From positions 1,736,001 through 1,800,000 of the forward strand of contig JANJGN010000071.1 of the NCBI GenBank assembly GCA_026770705.1: a stretch of DNA of 64,000 nucleotides, in the 5' to 3' direction. The translations under genes and the position numbers were made by a program. Positions 1-12,335 of the stretch are shown here, one piece after another (position 1 is the first letter of the stretch; every line of letters begins with the position of its first letter). The notes beneath the pieces were generated by a model. The model ran no database searches and was not told the DNA's origin. It worked only from the letters and a program-made list of their open reading frames with translations. The stretch is from Isurus oxyrinchus. Lineage: Eukaryota.

Positions 1-400
1 ACTGGAGTCTTGGTATCAGCTCTGATTCTGTGTTGAAGGAAGGTAAACTCCAGATCAGCAAGACCCTGAATTGGATGAGCAACCTCCTGAACAGAGAATT
101 GTAGATTTATACCTCAGTGCTCCATCAATCAAATACAATTCATTGCCTGTAAATCCCTTGGCAAAATCTTGAGGATGTGAAAGTTTCTTTCATTCTAGGT
201 GGACAGCACATCTACTGGTGGGAGAATGTAACTGTAGTTTGACTGTTTACATAGGCAGTGCCCATTATAAATTTGACAGTGGAAGTTATATGGAGGGAAG
301 GTATCTGGAAATGCATACAGACATCAGATACAGAGAGATGATGCATGGAGTCTTGCTGTGCATGCTGCTTGCTCACATTAAAAACTTTATTTGTTTTTAG

Positions 401-682
401 ATGCTCCACAGAATCTCTCAATTAATTCTCATGATATGATTAACGTTTCATCGATCAATATAATTGAGCGGAATTCTGCAGTGATAATCTGCTCTGTCGA
501 GAGCTTCCCAGCTTCTAACCTGACGTGGCGACATCTTAATGTCCCAATGAACAGAACAAGTTCCAACAATGAGCTGTGGTTGGTGATTCCTCAGGTTACA
601 TCCAGGGACACTGGAGACTATCAGTGTGTGGCAGAGAATGAACATGGAGCAGTGGAGGGGTTCATAACCATCACTGTGGAAC
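401..682 (+). CDS. Siglec-like gene A, C2/I-set Ig exon repeat 1 (phase 1-1, 94 codons)
   Basis: ttttag|AT...GAAC|gtgagt. Encodes APQNLS...IICSVESFPASNLTW...DTGDYQCVAENEHG...ITVE, with the canonical Ig C-W-DxGxYxC pattern. Confidence 0.93.
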
Positions 683-705
683 GTGAGTTACTGCAAACTT
701 CAACA

Positions 706-771
<66 letters not shown>

Positions 772-1204
772 GTGTGAGATCCCTCTCCTCTCTCAGTGCT
801 GCACTGGAGTCTTGGTATCAGCTCTGATTCTGTGTTGAAGGAAGGTGAACTCCAGATCAGCAAGACCCTGAATTGGATGAGCAACTTCCTGAACAGAGAA
901 TTGTAGATTTACCCCTCAGTGCTCCATCAATCAAATACAATTCACGGGCTTTCAATCCCTTGGGGGCATCTTGAGAGTGTTAAAGGATGTTTGTTTCATT
1001 CTGGGTGGACAGCAACTCTGTTGGTGGGAGAATGCAACTGCAGTGTGACAGTTTACATAGGAAGTGCCCATTATAAATGTGACAGTATTTTTTCCTGAGG
1101 GAAGGTACCTGGAAATGCATTCCAATATCAGATACAGAGACATGATGCATGGAGTCTTGCTGTGCACTATGCTTGCTCACATTAAAATCTTTATTTGTTT
1201 TTAG

Positions 1205-1486
1205 ATGCTCCACAGAATCTCTCAATTACTTCTCCAGATATGATTAACGCTTCATCGATCAATATAATTGAGGGGAATTCTGCAGTGATAATCTGCTCTG
1301 TCGAGAGCTTCCCAGCTTCTAACCTGACGTGGCGACATCTTAATGTCCCAATGAACAGAACAAGTTCCAACAATGAGCTGTGGTTGGTGATTCCTCACGT
1401 TACATCCAGGGACACTGGAGACTATCAGTGTGTGGCAGAGAATGAACATGGAGCAGTGGAGGGATTCATAACCATCACTGTGGAAT
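1205..1486 (+). CDS. Siglec-like gene A, C2 Ig exon repeat 2
   Basis: Same 282-nt exon, AG/GT intact, frame open. Confidence 0.93.
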
Positions 1487-1527
1487 GTGAGTTAACGCAA
1501 ACTTCAACATCACTCACACGCACACAG

Positions 1528-1559
<32 letters not shown>

Positions 1560-2253
1560 ACACAGACACATGTAGGCACACACATGCATAATTATACACA
1601 CACAGTCATACACGTACAAACACATACACAGGAAAATACACACCCATCTCAAACACACACATATTCACACCCACAAATAGACACACACATGCACATACTC
1701 TGACTCATGGACAGACGTAGACACACAGACACACGCGCATGCACACACACAGATACATGTGTGCATACACACACAAACACACTCACATGTGCAGTAACAC
1801 AAACACACACATACACACGCGTGAGTTCCCTGTCCTCTCTCAGTGCTGCACTGGAGCCTTAGTATGAGTTCCGATTCTGTGTTGAAGGAAGGTAAACTCC
1901 AGATCAACAAGACCCTGAATTGGATGAGCAACCTACTGAACAGAGAATTGTAGATTTACCCCTCAGTGCTCCATCAATCAAATACAATTCATTGCCTGTC
2001 AAGCCCTTTGCGAAATCCTGAGGATGGGAAAGCAAGCTTCTTTCATTCTAAATGGACAACACCTCTACTGGTGGGAGAATGCAATTGCAGTGTGACAGTT
2101 TACATAGGCAGTGTCCATTAAAAATGTGCCATAAGACCTTATCCTGAGGGAAGTTACCTGGAAATGCATTCAGACATCAGATACAGAGACATGATGCATG
2201 GAGTCTTGCTGTGCATGCTGCTTGCTCACATTAAAAACTTTATTTGTTTTTAG

Positions 2254-2535
2254 ATGCTCCACAGAATCTCTCAATTAATTCTCTTGATATGATTAACGCT
2301 TCATCGATCAATATAATTGAGCGGAATTCTGCAGTGATAATCTGCTCTGTCGAGAGCTTTCCAGCTTCTAACCTGACGTGGCGACATCTTAATGTCCCAA
2401 TGAACAGAACAAATTCCAACAATGAGCTGTGGTTGGTGATTCCTCATGTTACATCCAGGGACACTGGAGACTATCTGTGTGTGGCAGAGAATGAACATGG
2501 AGCAGTGGAGGGATTCATAACCATCACTGTGGAAC
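2254..2535 (+). CDS. Siglec-like gene A, C2 Ig exon repeat 3
   Basis: Same 282-nt exon, AG/GT intact (YLC instead of YQC). Confidence 0.93.
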
Positions 2536-3518
2536 GTGAGTTAACACAAGCTTCAACATTACTCTCACATATACACAGACACACTCATACACACACAGAC
2601 ACACACACACACACGTGCACACAAACAAGCAATCATGTGCAATCCCACATGTCCACAGGTGTGTACGCCTGCATGCTCACACACACAGAAGGAAACATAC
2701 ACAGAATCACACGTGTGCTTGCTCACACACACACAGACATGTGTGAGTTGTCTGTTCTCCCTGTGCTGCACTGGAGTGTTGATCCAGATTCTGCTCTGAA
2801 ACACTGACGACATCAGCTGAACAAGACCCTGTATTGGACGAGCAGCCCCCTGCACAGAGAATTGTAGGTTTATCACTCAATACCCCATTATTCTAAAGCA
2901 ATTCCTCCACTGTCAAATCCCTGTGAACATCCTGATGATGTGAAAGACATTTTCTTTTCTTCTAGCCTGACAGTGTCTCCTCTGGTGGAAGGCTGTAATT
3001 ACAGCGTGACAGTTTACATATCCACATGCAGCAAGAGCTGAACAACACTCAGCTTGGGCTGAGACAATTAATGCATCACAAGCACCAGGCAGTGATCATG
3101 TCCAACAAGAGAGAATCTAACCATCTCCCCTTGATGTTCAGTGAGTTTACTATCACTGAATCCCCCACAATCAACATCCTGGGGGATGTTAACCAAACAA
3201 CTAACTGGACCGGCCATAAATACTGTGGCTACTGGAGCCGGTCAGAGGCTGGGAATTCTGTAGGGGTGAAAAACTCACCACCACCTCCTCAAGGGCAATT
3301 AGGGATGGGTAATAAATGCTGGCCTAGATAGATACAGCCACTTCCCATGAATGTACAAAAAGAAAAACACCAGCAGTGACCATTATAAAAGTTGACATAG
3401 AAACTTAAAACAGGAAAGAACTCTTGAAATGCACATAGACACCAAATAGAGAGAGATGTATCATGGAGTCTTGCTGTGCACTGTGTTCGCTCACAATGAA
3501 ACCTTTATTTGTATTTAG

Positions 3519-3800
3519 ATGCACCACGGAACCTATCAATTACTTCACTTGGTATGATTAACGCTTCATCGATCAATATAATTGAGGGGAATTCTGCAGA
3601 GATAATCTGCTCTGTCGAGAGCTTCCCTGCTTCTAACCTGACGTGGCGACATCTTAATGTCCCAATGAACAGAACAAGTTCCAACAATGAGCTGTGGTTG
3701 GTGATTCCTCACGTTACATCCAGGGACACTGGAGACTATCAGTGTGTGGCAGAGAATGAACATGGAGCAGTGGAGGGGTTCATGACCATCACTGTGGAAC
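3519..3800 (+). CDS. Siglec-like gene A, C2 Ig exon repeat 4
   Basis: Same 282-nt exon, AG/GT intact. Confidence 0.93.
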
Positions 3801-3826
3801 GTGAGTTACTGCAAACTTCAACATCA

Positions 3827-3872
<46 letters not shown>

Positions 3873-4559
3873 TAGGCACACACATGCACACTTATACACA
3901 CAGTCATACACGTGCAAACACATACAGAGGAATATATATACACAACTCACACACACACACACACATTCATGCCCACACATAGACACACACATGCACATTC
4001 ACTCACTCTTGGACAGGCGTAGACACACAGACATGCGTGCATGCGCACGCACAGATACATGTGTGCATACACACACAAGCACACTCACTTGTGCAGAAAC
4101 ACAAACACTCACACACTCTCACACATACACAAATATGACTTCCCTCTCCCCTCTCAGGGTGCACTGGAGTCTCGGTATCAGCTCTGATTCTGTGTTGAAG
4201 GAAGGTAAACTCCAGATCAACAAGTCCCTGAACTGGAGGAGCAACCTCCTGAACAGAGAATTGTAGATTTACCCCTCAGTGCTCCATCAATCAAACATTG
4301 CCTGTCAAGCCCTTGGCGAAATCCTGAGAATATGAAAGCAAGCTTCTTTCATTCTAGATTGACAACACCTCTACTGGTGGGAGAATGCAATTGCAGTGTG
4401 ACAGTTTACATAGGCAGTGTCCATTAAAAATGTGGCATAAGACCTTATCTTGAGGGAAGTTACCTGAAAATGCATTCAGACATCAGATACAGAGACATGA
4501 TGCATGGAGTCTTGCTGTGCACTATGTTTGCTCACGTTAAAATCTTTATATGTTTTTAG

Positions 4560-4841
4560 ATGCACCACGGAATCTCTCAATCAATTCTCTTGATATGATT
4601 AATGCTTCATGGATCAATATAATTGAGGGGAATTCTGCAGTGATAATCTGCTCTGTCGAGAGCTTCCCAGCTTCTAACCTGACGTGGCGACATCTTAATA
4701 TCCCAATGAACAGAACAAGTTCCAACAATGAGCTGTGGTTGGTGATTCCTCACGTTACATCCAGGGACACTGGAGACTATCAGTGTGTGGCAGAGAATGA
4801 ACATGGAGCAGTGGAGGGGTCCATAACCATCACTGTGGAAC
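4560..4841 (+). CDS. Siglec-like gene A, C2 Ig exon repeat 5
   Basis: Same 282-nt exon, AG/GT intact. Confidence 0.93.
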
Positions 4842-5481
4842 GTGAGTTACTGCAAACTTCAACATCACTCACACACACATACATACACACACATACACAC
4901 ACACACGCACACACATACACATAAACAGGTGCACGTAAACATGCGTTCATATTTAATCCCATGTCTGCACAGGTGTGCACGCCTGCATGCTTACACACAG
5001 AAGCATACATACAGAATCACACGTGTGCTTGCTCACACACACACAGACATGTGTGAGTTGTCTGTTCTCCCTGTGCTGCACTGGAGTGTTGCTCCAGATT
5101 CTGCTCTGAAACACTGACGACATCAGCTGAACAAGACCCTGTATTGGACGAGCAGCCCCCTGCACAGAGAATTGTAGGTTTATCACTTAATACCCCATTA
5201 TTCTAAAGCAATTCCTCCACTGTCAAATCCCTGTGAACATCCTGATGATGTGAAAGACATTTTCTTTTCTTCTAGCCTGACAGTGTCTCCTCTGGTGGAA
5301 GGCTGTAATTACAGCATGACAGTTTACATATCCACACACAGCAAGAGTTGAATAACACTCAGTTGGGCTGAGAAATGACAATTAATGTTCATGCCACACA
5401 AGTACCAGGGAGAGCTCTTCCTTGTATTGACCCTTAGGATTGTTAATCCCAACCTGATAGGGCAGAGGGGGCCCAGGTTGT

Positions 5482-5548
5482 GACTATCAGTGTGTGGCAG
5501 AGAATGAACATGGAGCAGTGGAGGGGTTCATAACCATCACTGTGGAAT
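5482..5548 (+). pseudogene. Truncated sixth C2 repeat (3' 67 nt only, DYQCVAENEHGAVEGFITITVE plus donor)
   Basis: Matches the 3' end of the repeats; the 5' part and its acceptor are missing. Confidence 0.85.
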
Positions 5549-6362
5549 GTGAGTGTGGAGATACATTTGTTTGTTTGTTGTCTCCGTGGTCTCCGTGGAG
5601 CCATTGGGATCGTGTTGTTTTTAATCCAGTTTTCTTCAATCCTCGCTCAGTCCACGTTATCCACACATCCAATTTTTCCTCTCCCTTTCTGTTTTTGCTC
5701 TCAGTTTCTCCTTCAATGGTTGTGAGGACAAGGCTGTCAGGTCTTCATTTCCAATCTCCATACTTGACGACCTTTCTCTCTCTAACTGTCCTGAACAACC
5801 CTTTTAATTGCTGAACATCTCCTCTTGATCTAAGCCACTCATTGGTCTTGGTTACATGGATTACTTTGAAATGCAACACCTGTATTCATAAATTGCTTAG
5901 AAATGACTAAACATTCAACAGCCAATGAAGCATTATCGAAGTAAGCTCACTGTTGTAAAGGAGGAAACACAGGTACTGATTTGTACACAGCAAGATCCCA
6001 CAAACCACCGTGTCTTAATGACCTGATCGGCGATTATTTCAATGAGGTTGGTTGTTACATGTGTAGAGACTACATACCCTTTAGGGAGGGAAGCATGTCT
6101 CGATGTGGATGTGACTCCAGTCTCAGACACCAACATGGTTAACTCACACCTGCCCTCTGAACTGGTCTCCCAGTTTGGGACAAACCAGTGGTTCAGGAGG
6201 AAGACCTCCCACCACCTTCTCAAGGGAAACTAGGGATGGACAATAAATGTCAGCATTGCCCGAGAATGAGTATTTAAACACTGAGTGAGTGTATCGCTTC
6301 TCGAGATACATCGGAGCATCATTGTAAATCTGTAGTGCAGTAATTAATGGCTGTTTTTACAG

Positions 6363-6459
6363 GTAGAGACTCCAGTAAAGGGACAGTAGGATTGTTCACG
6401 GCTGGGATCATGTTGAGTGTTTTCCTGGCTGGAATCTTCATCTTCATCTGTGTGAGAAA
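6363..6459 (+). CDS. Gene A transmembrane exon (RDSSKGTVGLFTAGIMLSVFLAGIFIFICVRK), phase 1-2
   Basis: ttttacag|GT...AA|gtaagt. ~22 hydrophobic residues followed by CVRK; no charged residue in the membrane span. Confidence 0.9.
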
Positions 6460-7152
6460 GTAAGTCTGAAGATTTAACTTGATTTTAATATAAACATTTG
6501 CTTCAATGTTCTTTCCTCAAGTCGGTGATTGTTTCCCTTGTGTTAAGCGCCAGATGCCTCTCCCTAACTGGTCTCTTTATCCGTTATGATCCAGACAGTG
6601 TTTTTCATTGCCCGTTATCCAGATGAATAATAATCAGTTGCTGTGATCTGGAAGGTGCTGCCTGAAAGAGCGGTGGAAGCAGGTTCAGTAGGAACTTTCA
6701 AAAGGGAAATTGGATAAATACTTGAAGGGGGAACATTTGAAGGGCTATGGGGGGAAGAGCAGGGGTGGAGGGGGGGTCAAAGATATGGCGTGTTATTATA
6801 ATGATATTATACCTTAGGCTTATTTACTGTATAAGACAGAAAACACCAATCACTCATAGGGGATTTGGTGAGAATGTTAATGATTTGTTTATCAGGACTC
6901 AGCAGGAGAACAGTTATACATACGGAGAAAGCTTGAAGGCATCAGAGCTGTGAGTGTGTGCTCTGCTCAAAGCAAAAGTCAAACTGAGATTGGATCACAT
7001 GACACACTTCCATTATAGTGATGTCACGCTGATACCCCTTATTGGAACAAGAGACAGTCCAGTCATTGGTGTAAGTTACAGTGTGCTCTGTGTCTGTGCT
7101 GCACTGACTCTTTGCTATATGATAACCACAGTGTGATATTGTGTTATTGCAG

Positions 7153-7234
7153 GAGAAAGACAGCGATGGAGGAGAGAGTTTCAGGGACCAATTACATTGC
7201 ATTGACCCTCAGGTCACTCTCTGTGAAGCACCAG
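7153..7234 (+). CDS. Gene A cytoplasmic exon 1 (RKTAMEERVSGTNYIALTLRSLSVKHQ), phase 2-0
   Basis: ttgcag|G...CAG|gtacag. Phases link the TM exon to the last exon; TNYIAL Tyr motif. Confidence 0.8.
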
Positions 7235-7447
7235 GTACAGGAGCTGTTTACACTCACTCCAAAGCTTCAACCTCAGTGTGTAGACAACACGTATACCAGA
7301 TTCTCAGCCGGGTTACACACAGATATCGCCCTGTGAAGTGAGCAATGGCTCAGTGGTCAGCACTGTCTCTCGCTCCCTGCCTCTGTCTCCCTCCATCACT
7401 CGCTCTTTGACCAGAAACCTGAACACAATAATGACAAGGCACCTGAT

Positions 7448-8005
7448 GTCAGTAGTGAGGGAGTGCTGCACTGTCAGAGGGTCAGTAGTGAGGGAGTGCT
7501 GCACTGTCGGAGTGTCAGTACTGAGGGAGTGCTGCACTGTCGGAGGGTCAGTACTGAGGGTGTGTTGCACTGTCAGAGGATCAGTACTGAGGGAGTGCTG
7601 CACTGTCAGAGGGTCAGTACTGAGGGAGTGCTACACTGTCAGAGGGTCAGTATTGAGGGAGTGCTGCACCGTCAGAGGATCAGTACTGAGGGAGTGCTGC
7701 ACTGTCAGAGGGTCAGTATTGAGGGAGTGCTGCACTGTCAGAGGGTCAGTATTGAGGGAGTGCTGCACTGTCAGAATGTCAGTACTGAGGGAATGCTGCA
7801 CTGTCAGAGGGTCAGCATTGAGGGAGTGCTGCACTGTCAGAGGGTCAGTACTGAGGGAGTGCTTCACTGACAGAGGGTCAGTACTGAGGGAGTGCTGCAC
7901 TGTCAGAGGGTCAGCACTGAGGGAGTGCTGCATTGTCAGAGGGTCAGTACTGAGGGAGTGCTGCACTGTCTGATGGTCAGTATTGAGGGAGTGCTGCACT
8001 GTTGG
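7448..8005. repeat. 33-bp minisatellite (cagtactgagggagtgctgcactgtcagagggt)n
   Basis: ~16 tandem units; gives spurious VLRECCTVRGS ORFs. Confidence 0.95.
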
Positions 8006-8192
8006 AGTGTGATAGAGATTAAATTATAAAGAGAGAGAGAAAGCGAGAGAGAAAGAGAGACAGAGAAAGAGAGTGAAAAAAAGGCTTAAACCCACTGAGA
8101 CACGACTGACACTAATGAGGCTGCACAATAATTTAACCCTATCAGTGCCAGTAAATGATGTGAGGATGTCTTCTGTTTCCATTTCTCTGTAG

Positions 8193-8441
8193 GATGAACA
8201 GAACTTGCTGATTACTGAGCCCCGGGAAACAACCAGAGACACAACTAGTGAGGGGGAGACCCCAGCTCCCCGGGATCTCTCTGAAGGTCCAGTGGGAGGC
8301 GATGTTGGACATGGGAACCCCGACAATACCGCCGACCTTCTCTACGCCAACATCAACTTTTCAAAGCTGCCCGGCGGTGACAGGACTGTGCACAGGAGCG
8401 AGGACACGGAATACGCACAGATCAGGTTCCAGAAAAACTGA
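8193..8441 (+). CDS. Gene A terminal cytoplasmic exon with ITIM (LLYANI) and ITSM (TEYAQI)
   Basis: tctgtag|GAT. ITIM plus distal ITSM spacing typical of inhibitory Siglecs; TGA at 8439-8441. Confidence 0.92.
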   Translation, partial: DEQNLLITEPRETTRDTTSEGETPAPRDLSEGPVGGDVGHGNPDNTADLLYANINFSKLPGGDRTVHRSEDTEYAQIRFQKN

Positions 8442-8629
8442 GTGTGAAACAGGGAGCGGGGCTGTGGGGTGTGTGCAGCCAACATGGCCAAATAGTAATG
8501 AACACAAATATGATGTTGCTGAACTTATTTTTTATCAATTCTGACTGAACTGTCTGAATGCTGCACCTTTTTCCATGCTGTAAAAGATTGTGAGAAGCTT
8601 ATGAATTATGTATAATTTAACATCTGTTA

Positions 8630-10706
8630 ATACAAGGTGAGGTGAGAGTGACTGTCTTTGACATCAAGGTTGCATTTGACCGAGTGTGGCATCTAGGATC
8701 CCGAGCATAACTGCAATCAATGGGAATCAGGGGTGGTACAAAAGCATAATAATTTGCTTAATATTTTCCTGGTTTGTTGTAAACTAGGTTTATGGGTGTG
8801 AGTGTAGATGAGTCTGTCTGTGTGGCTTAATTACATCTGGAGTCAGGTAGACTGCAAGCTTGAGATTATCAAAAGAAGCTAGATGTAGAAATGTACTTGA
8901 AATGCTAATGAGAACACAGGGAGGCTGTGTTAACATGTAAGGTGTGAAGGGGTTGTTTAGATTTCAAAGGGATGTTGGTCTGTTTGGGACAAGCCCAATA
9001 AGCAAAGCTAAGGAGTTTTTTTTTTAATTTTACCCAAACTTCATTGACAATATTGGCAACATGAAAGTTTATATTATGGGAAATGTACAGTTCCAAAGAA
9101 TTTACACATCAAAGAGTGAGAAACATTTATAAAGGAGAATGAAAGGCTATGTTGGGGGCCATGTAAGATCTAACAGGAGTGTGTGAAACAGGCTTGAAGA
9201 AGCCTCCAGGCATTTGTGCATAAGTCTGTTATGTTCAGTAAATAAAGTTGGAGAAATCCATTTAGAATTCCAGTGTCAAGTGTGTGCTGTGTTAACTCGC
9301 TGGGTTTGTTTTTAATCTAAAATCTTATTTTGGACTGTTGCCTTAAACGGGCTCTGTAACTGGGAGTCAGGTTAATTAGGAATTTGAGAATTTATTTTAG
9401 CTGTAACTAACCGTGGTATTATGTCTGTGCTTGAAATCTTTTATTTTGTTAATAAATATCTTAATCCAATTTTTAAAATCTCTAAAGGTTGTGGTCAACT
9501 CATTGCTCCTGAATTCAGTGCACGCTTCTTGTAATAAATACAAATTGCAAAACTATTGTGATAGCATGACCAATTTTCCCTTGTGGATTTGGAGCACCAA
9601 GCACACATCATCTGCCATGTCATATCACAGGGAAAACTCTCCACTCGTTGGATTCATACCAAGTACAAAGGAAGGTGGTTGTGGTTGTTGGAGGTCAGTC
9701 ATCTCAGTTCCAGGACATCACCGCAGGAGTTGCTCAGTGTAGTGTCCTAGGCCCAACCATCTTCAGCTGCTTCATCAATGACATTCATTCTATCAGATGG
9801 TCAGAATTATGGATGGTCGCTGATGATTGCACAACGTTCAACATCATTCATGACTCATCAGATGCTGAAGCAGTCCATGTCCAAATGCAGCAAGACCTGG
9901 ACAATATCCAGGCTTGGCCTGACAAGTGGCAAGTAACATTCATGCCACACAAGTGCCAGGCAATGACCATCTCCAACCAGAGAGATTATATCCATCTCCC
10001 CTTAATGTCCAATAGCATCACCATTGCTGAATCCCACACTATCAACACTCTGGGGGTTACCAATGACTAGAAACTGAACTGTACTAGCCATATAAACACT
10101 GTGACTACAAGAGCAGGCCAGAGCCTGGGAATCCTGTGGTGAGTAACTCACCTCCTGACTCCCCAAAGCCTGTCCACCAACCTCAAGGCACAGGTCAGAA
10201 GTGATGGAATACTCTCCACTTTCCTAGATGAGTGCAGCTCCAACAACACTCAAGAAGCTCGACACCATCCAGGACAAAGCAGCCCCGCTTGATTTGCGCC
10301 CCGTCCACAAACATTCTCTCCCTCTACAACTGACGCACAGTGGCAGCAGTGTGTGTACCATCTACAAGATGCAATGCAGGGAGTCACCAAGCCTCCTTAG
10401 ACAGCACCTTCCAAACACATGATCACTACCATCTAGAAGGACAAGGGCAGCAGAAACATGGGAACACCACCACCTGGAAGTTCCCCTCCAAGTCACTCAC
10501 CATCCTGACTTGGAAATATATCACCGTTCCTTCACTGTCGCTGGGTCAGAATCCTGCAACACCCTCCCAAACAGTTCTGTGGGTGTACCTACACCACAGG
10601 GACTGCAGCAGCTCAAGAAGGCAGCTCACCCCCATATTCTCAAGGACAATTAGGGATGGGCAATAAATTCTGGCCTAGCCAGTGACAGTGAATGAATAAA
10701 AAAAAG
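8630..10706 (+). mobile_element. Degenerate non-LTR retrotransposon (CR1/L2 superfamily) RT 3' half, interrupted by an insertion at 8734-9629
   Basis: RT-like motifs DIKxAFDRVWH, QCSVLGPTIFSCFIND, ADD, MQQDLDNIQAW; 3' tail gggatgggcaataaa...gaataaaaaaaa. Confidence 0.85.
8734..9629. mobile_element. Probable solo LTR nested in the LINE
   Basis: LINE reading ...GIRG|KTL is split; the insert starts TG, ends CA, is flanked by short G runs (TSD-like) and contains several AATAAA. Confidence 0.6.
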
Positions 10707-11089
10707 AAGCAATTAAAATGCCCTGACATTTCTGTACATTTTTATCAAATTAAATACGTACTGTAGTGAACAATTCCATTCTGCAAGGCACCACTTCCTG
10801 TTGTCACATGTCCTTCTGATTATTTAAATTCCTGTGTCATTGGTAATGGAACATTCCCATGTAAACATGTCACACTGTAATTACAGCCTCCTGCCAGTGG
10901 TGGTGCTTTAGTGTCCTAGTTTTGCTTCTCAGAGACTGGAGGAGCTGTATACTTTGTGTTTACAATATAAGTAACACTCAGGAGTGACCAGGGAGATTCT
11001 TTTGGCCAAGTTTACGATGTTGCTAAGATACAATGGCCCTGTGGGATATTTCCTACTGCGTTTACAAGGTTGAATTGAAGAGATTTTTG

Positions 11090-11640
11090 AAGTGTCTGGC
11101 ACAGTTTTATTAAGGTCCCCTCACATCCAATCTGGAGTCACTGGGTTCAGTTCTGGGTCCAGCAGCTTAGGAAGGATATATTGTCCTTGGAGGGGGTGCT
11201 GTGCAGAGTCACCAGAACGATCCCGGGGCTGAAAGGGTTAAATCCCGAGGACAGGTTGCACAGACCAGGCTTGTGGTCCCTCGAGTCTCGAAGATTAAGG
11301 GGTGATCTAATCGAGGGGTTTAAGATGATTAAAGGCTTTGTTACGGGCAATAGAGAGAAACTATTTCCTCTGATGGGGTTGAGGTGAGGAGGGTTCAGAA
11401 CAAGGGGGCAGAACATTAACATTGGAGCCAGGCCGTTCAGGGGGTGATGTCAGGAAGCACTTCTTCACACAAAGCGGGGGTGGAAATCTGGAACTCTCTC
11501 CCCCAGAAAAAGCTGTCGATTGTAAATTTCAAAACTGAGATTGGGAGATTGTTGTTGGGTCGGGGGGTTAAGGGTTACAGAACCGAGGCGGGTGGATGGG
11601 GTTTAGATACAGATCGGACGTGATCCAATCAAATGTTAGG
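11090..11640 (+). mobile_element. CR1 LINE 3' fragment
   Basis: GLWSLESRRLRGDLIEGFKMIKG motif typical of the CR1 ORF2 C-terminus. Confidence 0.85.
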
Positions 11641-12335
11641 ACGGTGAGTCTCAGGGAGGCTGGCCCAACCCCAGACGCAGCCGTCTCTGTGACCTGCTTC
11701 AACCCTGTTGGTCAGCAATGACAACATGAGTTGATGTTAGCCTGATATGTAGTGCATGGAGGGATATTACTCTCCAGGGTGTGTGTGCATCACAGTGCTC
11801 ATTCACATGTGTTCCATGTGCACCTACATCAGCTGTGTAGACATACAAGCCTCAATGCTGCATCCGGGGAATGTGCCATGTCTCACACCTTAGCTGCAGC
11901 ACGACCCTTCCCTTGGAGCTCTGTGTGCTCGAGACATATTTTGTTCTTTTTTCCTGCCGTCTCTGTGTCCCCCGACCCGGGAGTGAAAATCCGGCCTTAA
12001 CTTCCACTTTCTAGTGTCTGAGACAAGAGGCAATGAGTGAGTGGGCTGACAGTCAGGATTAATGCTGTTAATCTGTGTTTGAGGGGCTGTGAATTCTCGG
12101 GGGACTAGTTACTCTCTGAGCTGCAGCTTCCAATTCCTTATTTGATGCCGTGCATGTGGGGTTGGAAGATTTTTTTTAAAACCACAGGCAGTTCACAGAA
12201 ACCCACAGGAAACCCACAGAGAGACAGTCACTGAGAAAGTCACTCACTCCTTGTGGTTTCACCTTTTAACCACATCCTGTCTGTGTGGCTTAAATGTTAA
12301 ACACAGTGGCCAGACTCAAGGAGGTTTCACTCTGT

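Noticed and set aside
448-645. Repeated antisense 60-65 aa ORFs over the C2 exons
   Set aside because: Shadows of the duplicated sense exon
391-777. ORF-track products with poly-(HT) tails
   Set aside because: Read-through of the donor into the intronic CA microsatellite
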